Positions 36,386 through 51,400 of a DNA stretch of 64,000 bases are shown piece by piece. Origin of the DNA: Squalus acanthias (Eukaryota); the NCBI GenBank assembly GCA_030390025.1, contig JASTWF010000070.1, positions 1,364,001 to 1,428,000 of the forward strand. The letters run 5' to 3'. The first letter of the stretch is position 1; each line of letters begins with the position of its first letter. The position numbers and the translations under genes were made by a program. Below the pieces are notes generated by a model. The model was not told the DNA's origin, did no database searches, and saw only the letters and a program-made list of their open reading frames with translations.

Positions 36386-39255
36386 TAAACATTCACTCCC
36401 TCCACCACCGGTGCACCGTGGCTGCAGTGTGCACCATCTACAAGATGCACTGCAGCAACTCACCAAGGCTTCTTCGGCAGCATCTCCCAAACCCGTGACC
36501 TCTTCCACCTAGAAGGACATGGGCAGCAGGCGCATGGGAACACCACCACCTCCAAGTTCCCCTCCAAGTCACACACCATCCTGACTTGGAAATATACCGG
36601 CCGTTCCTTCATCGTTGCTGGGTCAAAATCCTGGAACTCCCTCCCTAACAGCACTGCGGGAGCACCTTCACCACACGGATTGCAGCGGTTCTAAAAGACG
36701 GCTCACCACCACCTTCTCAAGGGCAATTAGGGATGGGCAATAAATGCCGGCATTGCCAGCAGTGCCCACATCCCAAGAATGATTTTAAAATAATGTTACC
36801 GCGCCACCTGCTGTAGAGGGAGCCGTTGCTCAGTTCGGGTTTTTGCCAGGCTTACTCGCCTCCAGACCTCATTACGGACCTGGTCCAAACATGGACAAAA
36901 GAACTGAATTCCAGAGAATGGTTACCAGGATGAGTGACTTAAGTTACGTGGATAGACTGGAGAAGCTTGGGTTGTTCTCCTTAGAGCAGAGAAAATTGAT
37001 GAGGCGATTTGATAGAGGTGTTCAAAATCATGAGGGGGTCTAGACAGAGTAGATATAGAGAAACTGTTCCCATTGGCGGAAGGGTCGAGAAACACACGAC
37101 ACAGATTTAAGGTGATTGGCAGTGGAACCGAAGACGACATGAGGAAAAACTTTTTCTGCAGTGAGTGGTTAGGATCTGGAATGCATTGCCTGAAAGGGTG
37201 GTGGAGGCAGATTCAATCGTGGCTTTCAAACGAGAATTGGATAAGTAGCTGAATGAAAAACATTTCCTGGGACTACGGGGAAAGGACTGGACAGTGGGAC
37301 TAGCTGAAGTGCTCTTGCAAAGAGCCGGCACGGGCCCGACGGGCCGAATGGCCTCCTTCTGTGCTGTATCCATTCTATGATTCCATTCTATAAGACACTG
37401 AGAGGAGTCCCACAGGAATCCTGCTAGAGATGGGCGGATGTTACAGCGCCACCTGCTGGAGAGGGAGCGGAAGTTACAGCGTCGTCTGCTGGAGAGGGAG
37501 CGGGTGTTACAGCGCCACCTGCTGCAGAGGGAGCGGATGCTCAATTCGGGTCCGACAGGACCACTCGGCTCCAGACCTCATTACAGCCTTGTTCCAAACA
37601 TGGACAAAGGTGCTGACTTCCAGAGGTGAGGTGATGATTGCACAGTGTTCAGTTCCATTTGCAACTGCTCCGATAACGAAGCAGTCCATGCCCACATGCA
37701 GCAAAACCTGGACGACATTCAGGCTTGGGCCGATAAGTGGCAAGTAATGTTCGCGCCACACAAGTGCCAGGCAATGACTATCTCCAACAAGCGAGAGTCT
37801 AACCACCACCCCTTGACATTCAACGGCATTACCATATCCGAATCCCCCACCATCAACATCCTGGGGGCTACTATTGACCAGAAACTTAACTGGACCAGCC
37901 GCATAAATATTCTGGCTACAAGAGCAGGTCAGAGGCTGGGTATTCTGCGGCAAGTGTCTCACCTCCTGAATCCCCAATTCTTTTCTACCATCTACAAGGC
38001 ACAAGTCAGGAGTGTGATGGAATACTCTCCACTTGCCTGGATGAGTGCAGCTCCAACAACACTCAAGGTGCTCGACACAATCCAAGACAAAGCAGTCCGC
38101 TTGATTGGCACCCCATCCACCACCTTAAACATTCACTCCCTCCTCCACTGGCGCACCGTGGCTGCAGTGTGTACCATCTACAAGATGCACTGCAACAACT
38201 CGCCAAGGCTTCATCGACAGCACCTCCCTAACCCACAATCTCAACCATCTAGAAGGACAAGGGCAGCAGGCGCATGGGAACATTATCACCTCCAAGTTCC
38301 CCTCCAAGTCACACACTATCCTGACTTGGAAATATATCGCCGTTCCTTCATCGTCGCTGGGACAGAATCCAGGAACTCCCTCCCTAACAGCACTATGTGA
38401 GTAGCTTCACGTCACGGACTGCGGTGGTTCAAGAAGATGGCTCACCACCACCTTCTCAAGGGCAATTAGGGATGGGCAATAAATGCTGGTCTTGCCAGCG
38501 ACGCCCACGTCCCAGGAACGAATTTTAAAAATGTTACAGCGCCACCTGCTGTACAGGGAGCGAATGTTGCAGCGCCACCTGCTGTAGATGTAGCGGATGT
38601 TACAGCGCCACCTGCTGTAGAGGGAGCTGGTGTTACAGCACCACCTGCTGTAGAGGGAGCGGATGTTGCAGCGCCACCTGCTGTAGAGGTAGCTGATGTT
38701 ACAGCGCCACCTGCTGTAGTGGAAGCGGATGCTCAGTTCAGGTTTTGCCAGGACCACTCGGCTCCAGATCTCATTACAGCCTTGGTCCAAACATGGACAA
38801 AAGAGCTGAATTCCACGGAATGGTTCCAGGGATGAGGGACTTCAGTAGGTGGATGGACAGGAGAGGCTGGGGTTGTTCTCCTTAGAGCAGAGAGGTTTGA
38901 AAGGAGATTTGATAGAGGTGTTCAAAATCATGAGGGGTCAAGACAGAGTAGAAAGAGAGAACCGGTTCCCATTGGCGGAAGGGTCGTCAACCAGAGGACA
39001 CAGATTTAAGGTGATTGGCAGAAGAACCAAATGCGACAGGAGGAATAACTTTTTTACGCAACCAGTGGTTAGGATCTGGAATGCGCTGCCTGAAAGGGTG
39101 GTGGAGGCACACTCAATCGTGTCTTTCAAAAGGGAATTGGATAAATACCGGAAGGGAAAACATTTGATGGGGTACAGGGAAAGGGCAGGGAACTGGGACT
39201 AGCTGAGGTGCTCTTGCAGAGAGCCGGCACAGACTCGACGGATCGAATGGGCTCA

Positions 39256-42200
39256 TAGAGTCATATACTCATAGAGTGATACAGCACAGAAAGAGGCCCT
39301 TCGGCCCATCGTGTCCACGCCGGCCATCAAGCCCTGTCTATTCTAATCCCATTTTCCAGCACTTGGTCCGTAGCCTTGTATGCTATGGCGTTTCAAGTGC
39401 TCATCTAAATGCTTCTTGAATGTTGTGAGGGTTCCTGCCTCTACCACCCATTCAGGCAGTGAGTTCCAGATTCCAACCACCCTCTGGGTGAAAATGTTTT
39501 TCCTCAAATCCGCTCTAAACCTCCTGCCCCTTACCTTGAAACTATGCCCCCTGGTTATTGACCCCTCTACTAAGGGGGAAAGTTCCTTTCTATCTACCCT
39601 AACTATGCCCCTCATAATTTTGTACACCCCAATCAGGTCCCCCCTCAGCCTTCTCGGCTCCAAGGAAAACAACCCCAGCCTGTCCAGTCTCTCCTCATAG
39701 CTGATGCACTCCAGCCCAGGTAACATCCTGGTGAATCTCCTCTGCACCCTCTCCAATGCAATCACATCCTTCCTATAGTGTGGCGACCAGAACTGCACAC
39801 AGTATTCCAGCTGTGGCCTAACTAGCGTTTTGTACAGTTCCATCATAACCTCCCAGCTCTTATATTCTATGCCTCGGCTAATGAAGGCAAGTATCCCATA
39901 TGCCTTTTTAACCACCTTATCTACCTGTCCTGCTGCCTTCAGGGATCTATGTACATGCACACCAAGGTCCCTCTGATCCTCTGTCCTACCATTCATTGTA
40001 TATTCCCTTGCCTTGTTAGTCCTCCCAAAATGCATCACCTCACACTTTTCAGGGTTAAATTCCATTTGCCACTGTTCTGCCCATCTAACCAACCCGTCTA
40101 TATCGTCCTGTAGCCTGAGGCTTCCCTCCTCGCTATTTACCACTCCACCAATTTTCGTTTCATCTGCGAACTTACTGATCATACCTTCTACATTCATATC
40201 TAAATCATTAATATACAATACAAGCAGCAAAGGACCCAGCACCGATCCCTTCCTGCCACTAAGCCAATTTTTGATCCAATGTGCCAAATTGCCCTGGAAC
40301 CCATGGGCTCTTACCTTCTTGACCAGTCTCCCATGCGGGACTTTGTCAAAAGCCTTACTGAAGTCCATATAGACTGCAGCAACTGCACTACCCTCATCCA
40401 CACACCTAGTCACCCCCTCGAAAAATCCAATCAATTTGGTTAGACATGATCTCCCCCTAACAAAGCCATGCTGACTATCCTTGATTAATCCTTGCCTCTC
40501 CAAGTGGAGACTAATTCTGTCCCTCAGAATTTTTTCCAATAATTTCCCTACCACTGATGTTAGGCTCACTGGCCTATAATTCCCTGGTTTATCCCTACTA
40601 CCCTTCTTGAATAATGGTACTACGTTAGCTATTCTCCAGTCCTCTGGCACCTCCCCTGTGGCCAGAGAGGTTCTGAAAATTTGTGTCAGAGCCCCTGCAA
40701 TCTCCTCCCTTGCCTCACACAGCAGCCTGGGATACACCTCGTCTGGGCCTGGGGATGTATCCACTTTTAAGCCCACTAAAACCGCTAGTACCTCCTCCCT
40801 CTCAATGCTAATTTGTTCAAGTATATCACAATCCCCCTGCCTGATTTCTATGCCTACATCGTCCTTCTCCATTGTGAACACAGATGCAAAATATTCATTT
40901 AAAACCTCACCTACATCTTTCGGCTCTACACACAGATTGCCACTTGGGTCCCTAATAGGACCTACTCTTTTCCTGGTTATCCTCTTGTCCTTAATATACT
41001 TATAAAACACCTTGGGATTTTCCTTTATTTTGCACGCCAGTGTTTTTTCATGCCCCCTCTTCGCTCTCCTAATTTCTTTTTTAAATACCCCCCTGCACTT
41101 TCTATACTCCTCTACGGCTTCCACTGTTTTTAGTCCTTTGTATCTGCCAAAAGCCTCCCTTTTTTTGCTAATCCATTCTTGTATATCCCTTGACATCCAG
41201 GGTTCCCTGGACTTGTTGGTCCCACCTTTGACCTTTACAGGAACATGTTGGCGCTGTACTCTCTCTATTTCCTTTCTGAATGACTTCCACTGCTCTGATG
41301 TGGATTTTCCTACAAGTAGCTGATCCCAGTCTACTTTGGCCAGATCCTGCCTTATCATATTAAAATCGGCCTTCCCCCAATTTAGAACCTTTATTTCTGG
41401 TCCATCTTTATCCTTTTCCATGACTACCTTAAATCTGACCGAATAACTTCACTGTCACTGTCACCAAAATGCTCTCCTATTGCCACTTCTATCATTTGCC
41501 CGGCTACATTCCCTAGAATTAGGTCCAGTACCGCCCCCTCTCTTGTAGGACTTTCTACATGCTAGCTCAAAAAGCTCTCCTGAATGCACTTTAAGAATTC
41601 TGCACCCTCTAAGCCTTCCACACTCTGACTATCCCAGTTAATATTGGGGGAAGTTGAAATCCCCTACTATTATTACCCTATTATTTCTACACTTCTCTGA
41701 GATTTGCCTACATATCTGTTCCTCTATCTCCCCCTGACTGTTTGGGGGCCTATAGTACACTCCCAGCAAAGTGCTTGCCCCCTTTTTGTTTTTAAGTTCT
41801 ACCCATATGCCCTCATTAGAGGCACCTGCTAAGATATCATCCCTCCTTACAGCAGTAATTGACTCCTTGATTAATATTGCCAGGCCCCCTCCTCTTTTAC
41901 ACCCCCCTGTGTCTCGCCTGAAGATTCTATACCCTGGAATATTGAGCTGCCCGTCCTACCCCTCCCTCCACCATGTCTCTGTGATAGCAACAATATCAGA
42001 CTCCCATGTGTTCATCAACACCTTCAATTCATCTGCCTTACTCGCAAGACTCCTTGCATTAAAATAAATGCCATCCAGCCTTGCCATACTCCCTTGTGCC
42101 GTTACATATTTCCTCTGCCTGGCTTGTTTTTTCCTCTATATTTGGCTGTGCATTACCCCCTACTATAGCTCCCATCCCCCTGCCAAGTTAGTTTAACCCC

Positions 42201-42490
42201 CCCCCCCCCAACAGCACTAGCAAACCTCCCCGCAAGGATGTTGGTCCCGTTCCGGTTCAGGTGCAACCCGTCCGACTTGTACAGGTCCCACCTTCCCCAG
42301 AAGCAGACCCAGTGATCCAGGAAACTAAAGCCCTCCCTCCTGCACCAACTCTTTAGCCACGCATTCATCTGCTCTATCCTCCTATTCCTATACTCACTAG
42401 CACGTGGCACCGGGAGTAATCCAGAGATTACAACCTTTGAGGTCCTGCTTTTTAATCTGCTACCTAGCTCCCTAAATTCTCCCTAGCTCC
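39256..42490 (-). mobile_element. Long CR1 LINE: end of ORF1 (SGNH-esterase-like), endonuclease and RT with internal deletions
   Basis: 42153..42410 LDHW..FWGRWDLYKSDGLHLN (DxxH esterase motif); 692-aa ORF 39343..41421 lacking the segment between WLSGR and GSVLGP. Confidence 0.92.
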
Positions 42491-42824
42491 TCCTGAGCTG
42501 TAACCATTCCTTAATTCCATTCTATAACACACTGAGAAGTATCCCACAGGAATCCTGCTGGAGAGGGAGCTGATCTTACAGCGCCACCTGCTGGAGAGGG
42601 CGCGAATGTTACAGCGCCACCTGCTGGACAGGGAGCACATGCTCAGTTCGTGTTCCACCAGGACCCCACTGGGCTCCCGACATGGACAAATGAGCTGAAT
42701 TCCAGAGGTGAGGTGAGAGTGACTGCCCTTGACATCAAGGCAGCATTCGGCCAAGTGTGGCATCAAGGAGCCCTAGTAAAACTGAAGTCAATGGGAATCA
42801 GGGGGGAAACTCTCCACTGGCTGG

Positions 42825-44269
42825 TGGAAGATTTCAAAAAGTGTAATAAAACCGCGTGTAGATCGAAATTGCGAACGATTTGTAAGATGATAACGGACGG
42901 ATTCAAAATGTAGGAAATCGGCCTGTGTTCTTTGTTTGTCACATGGACAAGAAGGAAGAACTTGATTGACAAGGAAGTCCCGCCCCCATACATCTCACAG
43001 GAACAGGAACGTGACATGCGGAAGGAACTCCAATCAGGGAAGGTTTGGAGTGGAACTGACCTATCTAAGGGAGGCAGAGAGTTCTTTATGATCAACGAGG
43101 CCTTATAACCCAGTGGCGGGAGCTTTCAGAGAACAAAGAAGAAGCCCAGAAGACAGAACAGGAGAAACAATGGACTGAGAAAGCTGGCCAGTCTCTGTTT
43201 CGAATTACAATTTTCCCTGGACCGATCACCCAGAGACAATGTACGAGACTCGGATATATAGACATAGACATAGACATAGAAGATAGGAGCAGGAGTAGGC
43301 CATTCGGCCCCTCGAGCCTGCTCCGGCATTCGATGAGATCATGGCTGATCATCCAAACTCAGTACCCTGTCCCTGCCTTCTCCCCATATCCCTTGATACC
43401 TTTAGCTTTAAGAAATATATCTAACTCATTCTTGAATATATTTAATGACTTCGCCTCAACTGCCTTCTGTGGTAGAGAATTCCACAGGTTCACCACTCTC
43501 TGGGTGAAGAAATTCTTCCTCATTTCTGTCCTAAATGGCTTACCCCTTATCCTTAGATTATGACCCCTGGTTCTGGACTCTCCGACCATCGGGAACATTC
43601 TTCCTGCATCCAGTTTGTCCAGACCTGTCAGAATTTTATATGTTTCGATGAGAGCCCCTCTCATTCTGCTATACTCCAGCGAGTATAAGCCCAATCGACC
43701 CAATCTCTCCTCATATGTCATTCCTGCCATCCCAGGTATCAGCCTTGTGAATCTTCGCTGAACTCCTTCCATGACAAGAACATCCTTCCTCAGATAAGGC
43801 GACCAAAACTGCACACAGTACTCAAGGTGTGGTCTCACCAAGGCCCTGTACAACTGCAGCAGGACATCCCTGTTCCTATACTCAAACCCTTTCGCTATGA
43901 AGGCCAACATACCATTTGCCTTCTTCACCGCCTGCTGCACCTGCATGCTTACCTTCAGCGACTGGTGCACAAGGACACCCAGGTCTCGTTGCACTTCCCC
44001 TTCTCCCAATCTATAAGCTTAGATGTTGTTAAGGGGGTACTTTTATGTACGTTTGAATCATTAAAGGGGCACTTTTATATACTTTGAATTGATAAGTTGC
44101 AGGCATATTTATTGCCGGGAGTTCTTTGAATTTGTTGCCAAAGGTGCTTTTATGTACACTTGAATTTTGAACTACAGTCTGATTAAAAGACCAATTTTAT
44201 TGATCACATCCTTGTCTGTCATTCTTAAGCTAATTCGTAATTCTCGAGGTAGTAAGAGAAAGTCTTACA
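42825..44269 (+). mobile_element. Solo LTR (about 690 bp net) with CTGG TSD, interrupted by a CR1 fragment
   Basis: TGGAAGATTT...AAAGTCTTACA termini; CTGG at 42821-42824 and 44270-44273; host LINE-B resumes; ATTAAA near 44182. Confidence 0.8.
43257..44013 (-). mobile_element. Young CR1 3' fragment, nearly identical to about 30360-31100
   Basis: ORF 43359..44009 almost matches the C-terminal part of 30447..32036. Confidence 0.92.
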
Positions 44270-47213
44270 CTGGAGACATACCTAGCACAAAGAAGAAAGT
44301 TGTGGTTGTTGGAGGCCAATCGTCTCAGCAACAGGACATCGCTGCAGGTGTTCCTCAGGGCAGTGTCCTAGCCCGACCATCTTCAGCTGCTTCATCAATG
44401 ACCTCCCCTCCATCATAAGGTCAGAAATGGGGATGTTCGCTGATGACTGCACAGTGTTCAGCGCCATTCACAACTCCTCAGATAATGAAGCAGTCCATGC
44501 TCGCATGCAACAAGAACTGCATGACATTAAGGCTTGGGCTGATAAGTGGCAAGTAACATTTGCGCCACATAAGTGCCAGGCAATGACTATCTCCAACAAG
44601 CGAGAGTCTAACCACTGCCCTTTGACATTCAACAGCATTACCATCGCCGAATCCCCCACCATCAACATCCTGGGGGTCACCATTCATAAGAAACTTAACT
44701 GGACCAGCTACATAAAAACTGTGGCTACAAGAGCAGGTCAGAGGCTGGGTATTCTGTGGCGACTGTCTCACTTCCTGACTCGCCAAAGCCTTTCCACCAT
44801 CTACAAGGCACAAGTCAGGAGTGTGATGGAAAACTCTCCACTTGCCTGGATGAGTGCAGCTCCAACAACACTCAAGGTGCTCGACACCATCCAAGATAAA
44901 GCAACCCGCTTGATTGGCACCCCATCCACCACATTAAATATTCGCTCCCTCCACCACCGGTGTACCGTGGCTGCAGTGTGTACCATCTACAAGATGCACT
45001 GCAACAACTCACCAAGGCTTCTTCGACAGCACCTCCCAAACCCGCGACCTCTACCACCTAGAAGGACAAGGGCAGCAGGTGCATGGGAACACCGCCACCT
45101 CCAAGTCACACACCATCCTGACTTGGAAATATGTTGCCACCCTTCATCGTTGCTGGGTCAAAATCCTGGAACTCCCTCCCTAAAGGCACTATGGGAGTAA
45201 CTTCACATCACGGACTGCAGTGGTTCAAGGGGGCGGCTCACCACCAGCTTCTCAAGGACAATGAGGGACAGGCAATAAATACTGGTGTTGCCGGCGACGC
45301 CCACATCCCAGGAACGAATAAAAAAAATGTTACAGCGCCACCTGCTGTAGAGGGAGCGGATGTTACAGCGCCACCTGCTCGAGAGGGAGCGGATGCTCAG
45401 TTCGGGTTTTGCCAGGATCACTCGGCTCCGGACCTCATTACAGCCTTGGTCCAAACATGGACAAAAGAGCTGAATTCCAGAGAATGGTTCCAGCGATGAG
45501 GGACTTCAGTTACGTGGATAGACTGGAGAAGCTGGGGATTATCTCTTTACAGCAGAGCAGTTTGAGAGGAGATTTGATAGAGGTGTTCAAAATCATGAGG
45601 GGTCCGGACAGAGTAGATAGAGAGAAACTGCTTCCATTGGCAGAAGGGTCAAGAACCAGAGGACTTGATTTAAGGTGATTGGCAGAAGAGCCAAAGGTGA
45701 CATGAGGAAAAACTTTTTTACGCAGCGATTGGTTAGGATCTGGAATGCGCTGCCTGAAAGGGTGTTGGAGGCAGACTCAATCGTGGCTTTCAAAAGGCAA
45801 TTGGGTAAGTACCTGAAGGGAAAACATTTGCTGGACTACAGGGAAAGGGCGGGGGAGTGGGACTAGCTCAAGTGCTCTTGCAGAGAGCCGGCTCGGGCTC
45901 CACGGTCCGAATGAGCTCCTTCTGTGCTGTAATCATCCTATGATTCCATTCTATAGCACACTGAGAGCGGTCCCACAGGAATCCTGCTGGAGCGGGAGCA
46001 GATGTTACAGCGCCGCCTGCTGGAGCGGGAGCGGATGTTACAGCGCCGCCTGCTGGAGCGGGAGCGGATGTTACAGCGCCACCTGCTGGAGAGGGCACGG
46101 ATGTTTCAGCGCCACCTGCTGGAGAGGGAGAGTTTGCTCAGTTCGGGTTCCGCCAAGACCACTCGGCTCATTACAGCCTTGTTCCAAACATGGACAAAAG
46201 AGCTGAATTCCAGAGGTGAGGTGAGAGTGGCTGCCCTTGACGTCAAGGCAGCATTTGACCAAGTGTGGCATCAAAAAGCCCTAGTAAAATTGCAGTCAAT
46301 GGTAATCAGGGGGGAAACTCTCCACTGTCCTGAGACATACCGAGCACAAAGGAAGATGGTTGTGGTTGTTGGTGGTCAATCATCACAGCCCCAGGACACA
46401 GCTGCAGGAGTTCCTCAGGGCAGTGTCATAGGCCCAACCATCTTCATCTGCTTCATCAATGACCTCCCCTCCATCATAAGGTCAGAAGTGGGAATGTTCG
46501 CTGATGATTGCACAGTGTTCAGTTCCATATTTCAACACCTCCAACAATGAAGCAGCCCATGCTCGCATGCAACAAGACCTGGATGACATTCAGGCTTGGG
46601 CTGATAAGTGGCAAGTAACATTCGCGCCACACAAGTGCCAGGCATTGATTATCTCAAACAAGCGAGAATCTAACCACTGCCACTTGACATTCAACAGCAT
46701 TACCATCGCCGAATCCCCCACCATCAACATCCTGGATTTCACCATTGACCAGAAACTTAACTGGACCAGCCACATAAATACTGTGGCTACAAGAGCAGGT
46801 CAGAAGCTGGGTATTCTGCATCGAGTGTCTCACCTCCTGACTCCCCAAAGCCTTTCTACCATCTACAGGGCACAAGTCAGGAGTGTGATGGAACACCCTC
46901 CACTTGCCTGGATGAGTGCAGCTCCAACAACACTCAAGAAGCTCGACACCACCCAGGACAAAGCAGCCCGCTTGATCGGCACCCCATCCACCACCTTAAA
47001 CATTCACTCCCTCCACCACCGGCGCACCGTGGCTGCAGTGTGTACCATCTACAAGACGCATTGCAGCAACTCGCCAAGGCTTCTTCGACAGCAGCTCCCA
47101 AACACGCGACCTCTACCATCTAGAAGGACGAGGGCAGCAGGCGCATGGGAACACCACCACCTCCAAGTTCCCCTCCAAGTCACACACCATCCTGAATTGG
47201 AAATATATCGGGC

Positions 47214-48446
47214 TGTAGGCTTCGCAAAATCCCCCAGAAACTCGAACAGAGCCCTAAAGGGAGTGATTTTTGGACTTTTCATACAAACTTGGGATGATGG
47301 GGCCTAAGTGAAGTGATTTGATGTAAAAACCTAAAGATCAGAGAAGAAAAAACCTGAGGAAACTGACTTTTTGAATCTTACTGTTGGGAGAGACACCTTT
47401 CACAGACACAAGCTGCGAGGGGCGTGGCCAGGCAGTGAACAAATCAAGCTGTCTGGGAATTGTTTACACTACAAATCCTACCAAGGTGCAAGAGACAAAG
47501 TAAAAACTCACAAACACATTCAAATATGAATCCCCAGGGGCAAACAAGATGCTGGAAATCTAAAAACGATTCCTGACAATAAAACTTCCAGCACACAGTT
47601 TCACAGCCATTATCCCATCAAAAAAACTAATCAACCAGGTATCCACAGAACAGATTTAAAAGCCTGCCGAAAGACCTAGGACATTAGGGGGAGATTTGGC
47701 GTGTAGATAAGGCTGTGTTTAAATCGGGAAACGATCAAGACATGTTTAACACTGAGCAAAAGCCATCGGAACTGGCAAGCCCGCCAAAACTAGACAATTG
47801 GACTAAGCAAGGTTCATTTGCAACCAAAAGGAATCCGTTTTAGTAAGGGTTTTTTGGGCGCGAAAAAGAAACAGTATAATTTGAAAGCCTGTGCCATAAT
47901 TTCTCTCTCTTTCGGACTGGCTGACCACGCGGACACAGCTCTCTCCCTGCTCCAGCAAAACCTACCACAAGCTACGAGGAAGAAGGCCAGAAAACAGACC
48001 AGCATGCAAGAAGAAACCAGAGCGACTGCCTCAGTGACCATCGGACACCTTGCAGCAACAAGGGCCTTACGGAGTCTTTTAAACAAAAGACTCTAAAATC
48101 CTGTCAAGGATTCGTTGGTGAGCATTATCCCTGATCTCCTGAAACCAAAAACCTAGCCAGATAGTGGGATCTTTGGGAGGGATAAGGTTTTGTTTGATAT
48201 ATTGTCATTTCCCTCGCTTGTACCGTGTGCTCCCCAATCTGTGTTTAAGTAATAAGTGTGTTTCAAGTTTGTTACCTTTTTCTTTTAATAAAGTAAAATT
48301 CTTTCATCAGAACCTGTCATTTACTGCAATTTTGTTCACAACCCCTAAATAAGTCCAAAGTCTAGGAACCGGAGGGGTGTGGGAGCGATTCGAACCGCTC
48401 ACTGTGTCAGAAAGCGAAGGCTGACCCCATTAAGATACCCCTTACA
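47214..48446 (+). mobile_element. Solo LTR, 1233 bp, GGGC TSD (ERV1-like or Gypsy)
   Basis: TGTAGG...CCTTACA termini; GGGC at 47210-47213 and 48447-48450; AATAAA 48287-48292; host LINE-B resumes. Confidence 0.85.
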
Positions 48447-51400
48447 GGGCCAATCCTTCATCGTCGCTGGGTCAAAATCCTGGAACTCCCTCCCTAACAG
48501 CACTGTGGGAGCACCTTCACCACACGGACTGCAGCGGTTCAAGAAGGCAGCTCACCGCCACCTTCTCGAGGGCAATTAGGGATGTGCAATAAATGCTGGC
48601 CTTGCCGGCGATGCCCACATCCCAGGGACGAATAAATAAAATGTTACAGCGCCACCTGCTGTAGAGGGGGCCGTTGCTCAGTTCGGCTTTTGCCAGGATC
48701 ACTCGCCTCCAGACCTCATTAGGGCTTTGGTCCAAACATGGACAAAAGAACTGAATTTCAGAGAATGGTTCCCGGGATGAGGGACTTCAGTTACGTGGCT
48801 AGACTGGAGAAGTTCGGGTTGTTCTCCTTAGAGCAGAGAAGATTGAGAGGAGATTTGATAGAGATGTTCAAAATCATGAAGCGTCTGGACAGAGTAGATA
48901 GAGAGAAACTGTTCCCATTGGCGGATGGGGCGAGAACCAGAGGACACAGATTTAAGGTGATACCCAGAAGAACCAAAGGTGACATGAAGAAAAACTTTTT
49001 TTTAAGTGGCAATTGGTTAGGATCTTGAATACACTGCCTGAAAGGATGTTGGAGGCAGACTCAATCGTGGCTTTCAAAAGGGAGTTGGATAAGTACCTGA
49101 AGGAAAAACATTGGCTGGGTTACGGGGAAAGGCTGGGGGAGTGGGACTAGCTGAGGTGCTCCTGCAGAGAGCCGGCACGGGCTTGACGGGCCGAATGGCC
49201 TCCTTCTGTGCTGTTACCATTCTATGATTCCATTCTGTAACACACTGAGAGGAGTCCCACAGGAATCCTGCTGGAGAGGGAGCGGATGTTACAGCGCCAC
49301 CTGCAGGAGAGAGAGTGGATGTTTCAGCGCCACCTGCTGGAGAGGGAGCGTATGCTCAGTTCGGGTTTCGCCAGGACCACTCGGCTCCAAACCTCATTAC
49401 AGCCTTGTTCCAAACATGACAAAGGAGCTGAATTCCAGAGGTGAGGTGAGAGTGACTGCCCTTGACATCAAGGCAGCATTTAGCTAAGTGTGGCATCAAG
49501 GAGCCCTAGTAAAATTGAAGTCAATGGGAATCAGGGGGGAAACTCTCCACTGGCTGGAGACATACTGAGCACAAAGGAAGAAAGTTGTGGCTGTTGGAGG
49601 CCAATCATCTCAGCCCCAGGACATCGCTGCAGGAGTTCCTCAGGGCAGTGTCCTAGGCCCAACCATCTTCATCTGCTTCATCAATGACCTCCCCTCCATC
49701 ATAAGGTCAGAAGTGGGGATGTTCGCTGGTGATTGCACAGTGTTCAGTTCCATATTGCAACACCTCCAACAATGAAGCAGTCCATGCTCGCATGCAGCAA
49801 GACCTGGACGACATTCAGGCTTGGGCTGATAAGTGGCAAGTAACATCCGCGCCACACAAGTGCCAGGCAATGATTATCTCAAACAAGCGAGAGTCGAACC
49901 ACTGCCCCTTGACATTCAACAGCTTTCCGATCACCAAACCCCCATCATCAATATCCTGGGAGTCACCATTGAGCAGAAACTTAACTGGACCAGCCACATA
50001 AATACTGTGGCTACAAGAGCAGGTCAGAGGCTGGGTGTTCTGCATCGAGTGTCTCACCTCCTGACTCCCCGAAGCATTTCTGCCATCTACAAGGCACAAG
50101 TCAGGATTGTGATGGAATACTCTCCACTTGCCTGGATAAGTGCAGCTCCAACAACACTCAGAAGCTCAATACCATCCAGGACAAAGCAGCCCGCTTAATT
50201 GGCACCCCATCCACCACCTTAAACATTCACTCCCTCCACCACCGGCGCACCGTGGCTGCAGTGTGTACCATCTTCAAGATGCACTGCAGCGACTCGCCAA
50301 GGCTTCTTCGGCAGCACCTCCCAAACCCGTGACCTCTTCCACCTAGAAGGACAAGGGCATCAGGCGCATGGGAACACCACCACCTCCAAGATCCCCTCCG
50401 AGTCACTCACGCACCATCCTGACTTGGGAACATATCGACCGTTCCTTCATCGTCGCTGGGTCAAAATCCTGGAACTCCCTCCCTAACAGCACTGTGGGAG
50501 GACCTTCACCACACGGACTGCAGCGGTTCAAGAAGGCGGCTCACCACCACCTTCTCAAGGGCAATTAACAATGCGCAATAAATTCTGACCTTGCCAGCGA
50601 CACCCACATCCCAGGAACAAATAAAAAATTGTTACAGCGCCACCTGCTGTAGAGGGAGTCATAGAGTCATAATGTTATACAGCACAGAAAGAGGGCCTTC
50701 TGCCCACCGTGTCCGCGCCGGCCATCAAGCCCTGTCTATTCTAATCCCATTTTCCAGCACTTGGTCCGTAGCTTTGTATGCTATGGCATTTCAAGTGCTC
50801 AACTAAATGCTTCTTGAATGTTGTGAGAGTTCCTGCCTCTACCACCCTTTCAGGCAGTGAGTTCCAGATTCCAACCACCCTCTGGGTGAAAAAGATTTTC
50901 CTCAAATCCCCTCTAAACCTCCTGCTCCTTACCTTGAAACTATGCCCCCTGGTTATTGACCGCTCTACCAAGGGGAAAAGTTCCTTTCTATCTACCCTAT
51001 CTATGCCCCTCATAATTTTGTACACCTCAATCAGGTCCCCCTCAGCCTTCTCTGCTCTAAGGAAAACAACCCCAGCCTGTCCAGTCTCTCTTCATAGCTG
51101 AAGCGCTGCAGCCCAGGTAACATCCTGGTGAATCTCCTCTGCACCCTCTCCAACGCAATCACATCCTTCCTATAGTGTGGCGACCAGAACTGCACACAGT
51201 ATTCCAGCTATGGCCTAACTAGCGTTTTGTACAGCTCCATCATAACCTCCCTGCTCTTATATTCTATGCCTCGGCTAATGAAGGCAAATATCCCATATGC
51301 CTTTTTAACCACGTTATCTACCTGTCCTGCTGCTTTCAGGGATCTATGTACATGCGCACCAAGGTCCCTCTGATCCTCTGTCCTTCCTAGGGTCCTACCA

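Noticed and set aside
38530-38730. 33-bp repeats as a CRISPR-like array, or the 11-aa repeat ORFs (RSLYSRWRCNI / LQRHLLERERM) as a protein
   Set aside because: Units are head-to-tail with no unique spacers, the DNA is eukaryotic, and the ORFs are by-products of a period divisible by three and run into LINE sequence.
39343-41421. 692-aa ORF as an intact CR1 ORF2
   Set aside because: In-frame deletions remove part of the RT core (before GSVLGP), FADD is FADE, and the endonuclease region is disrupted.
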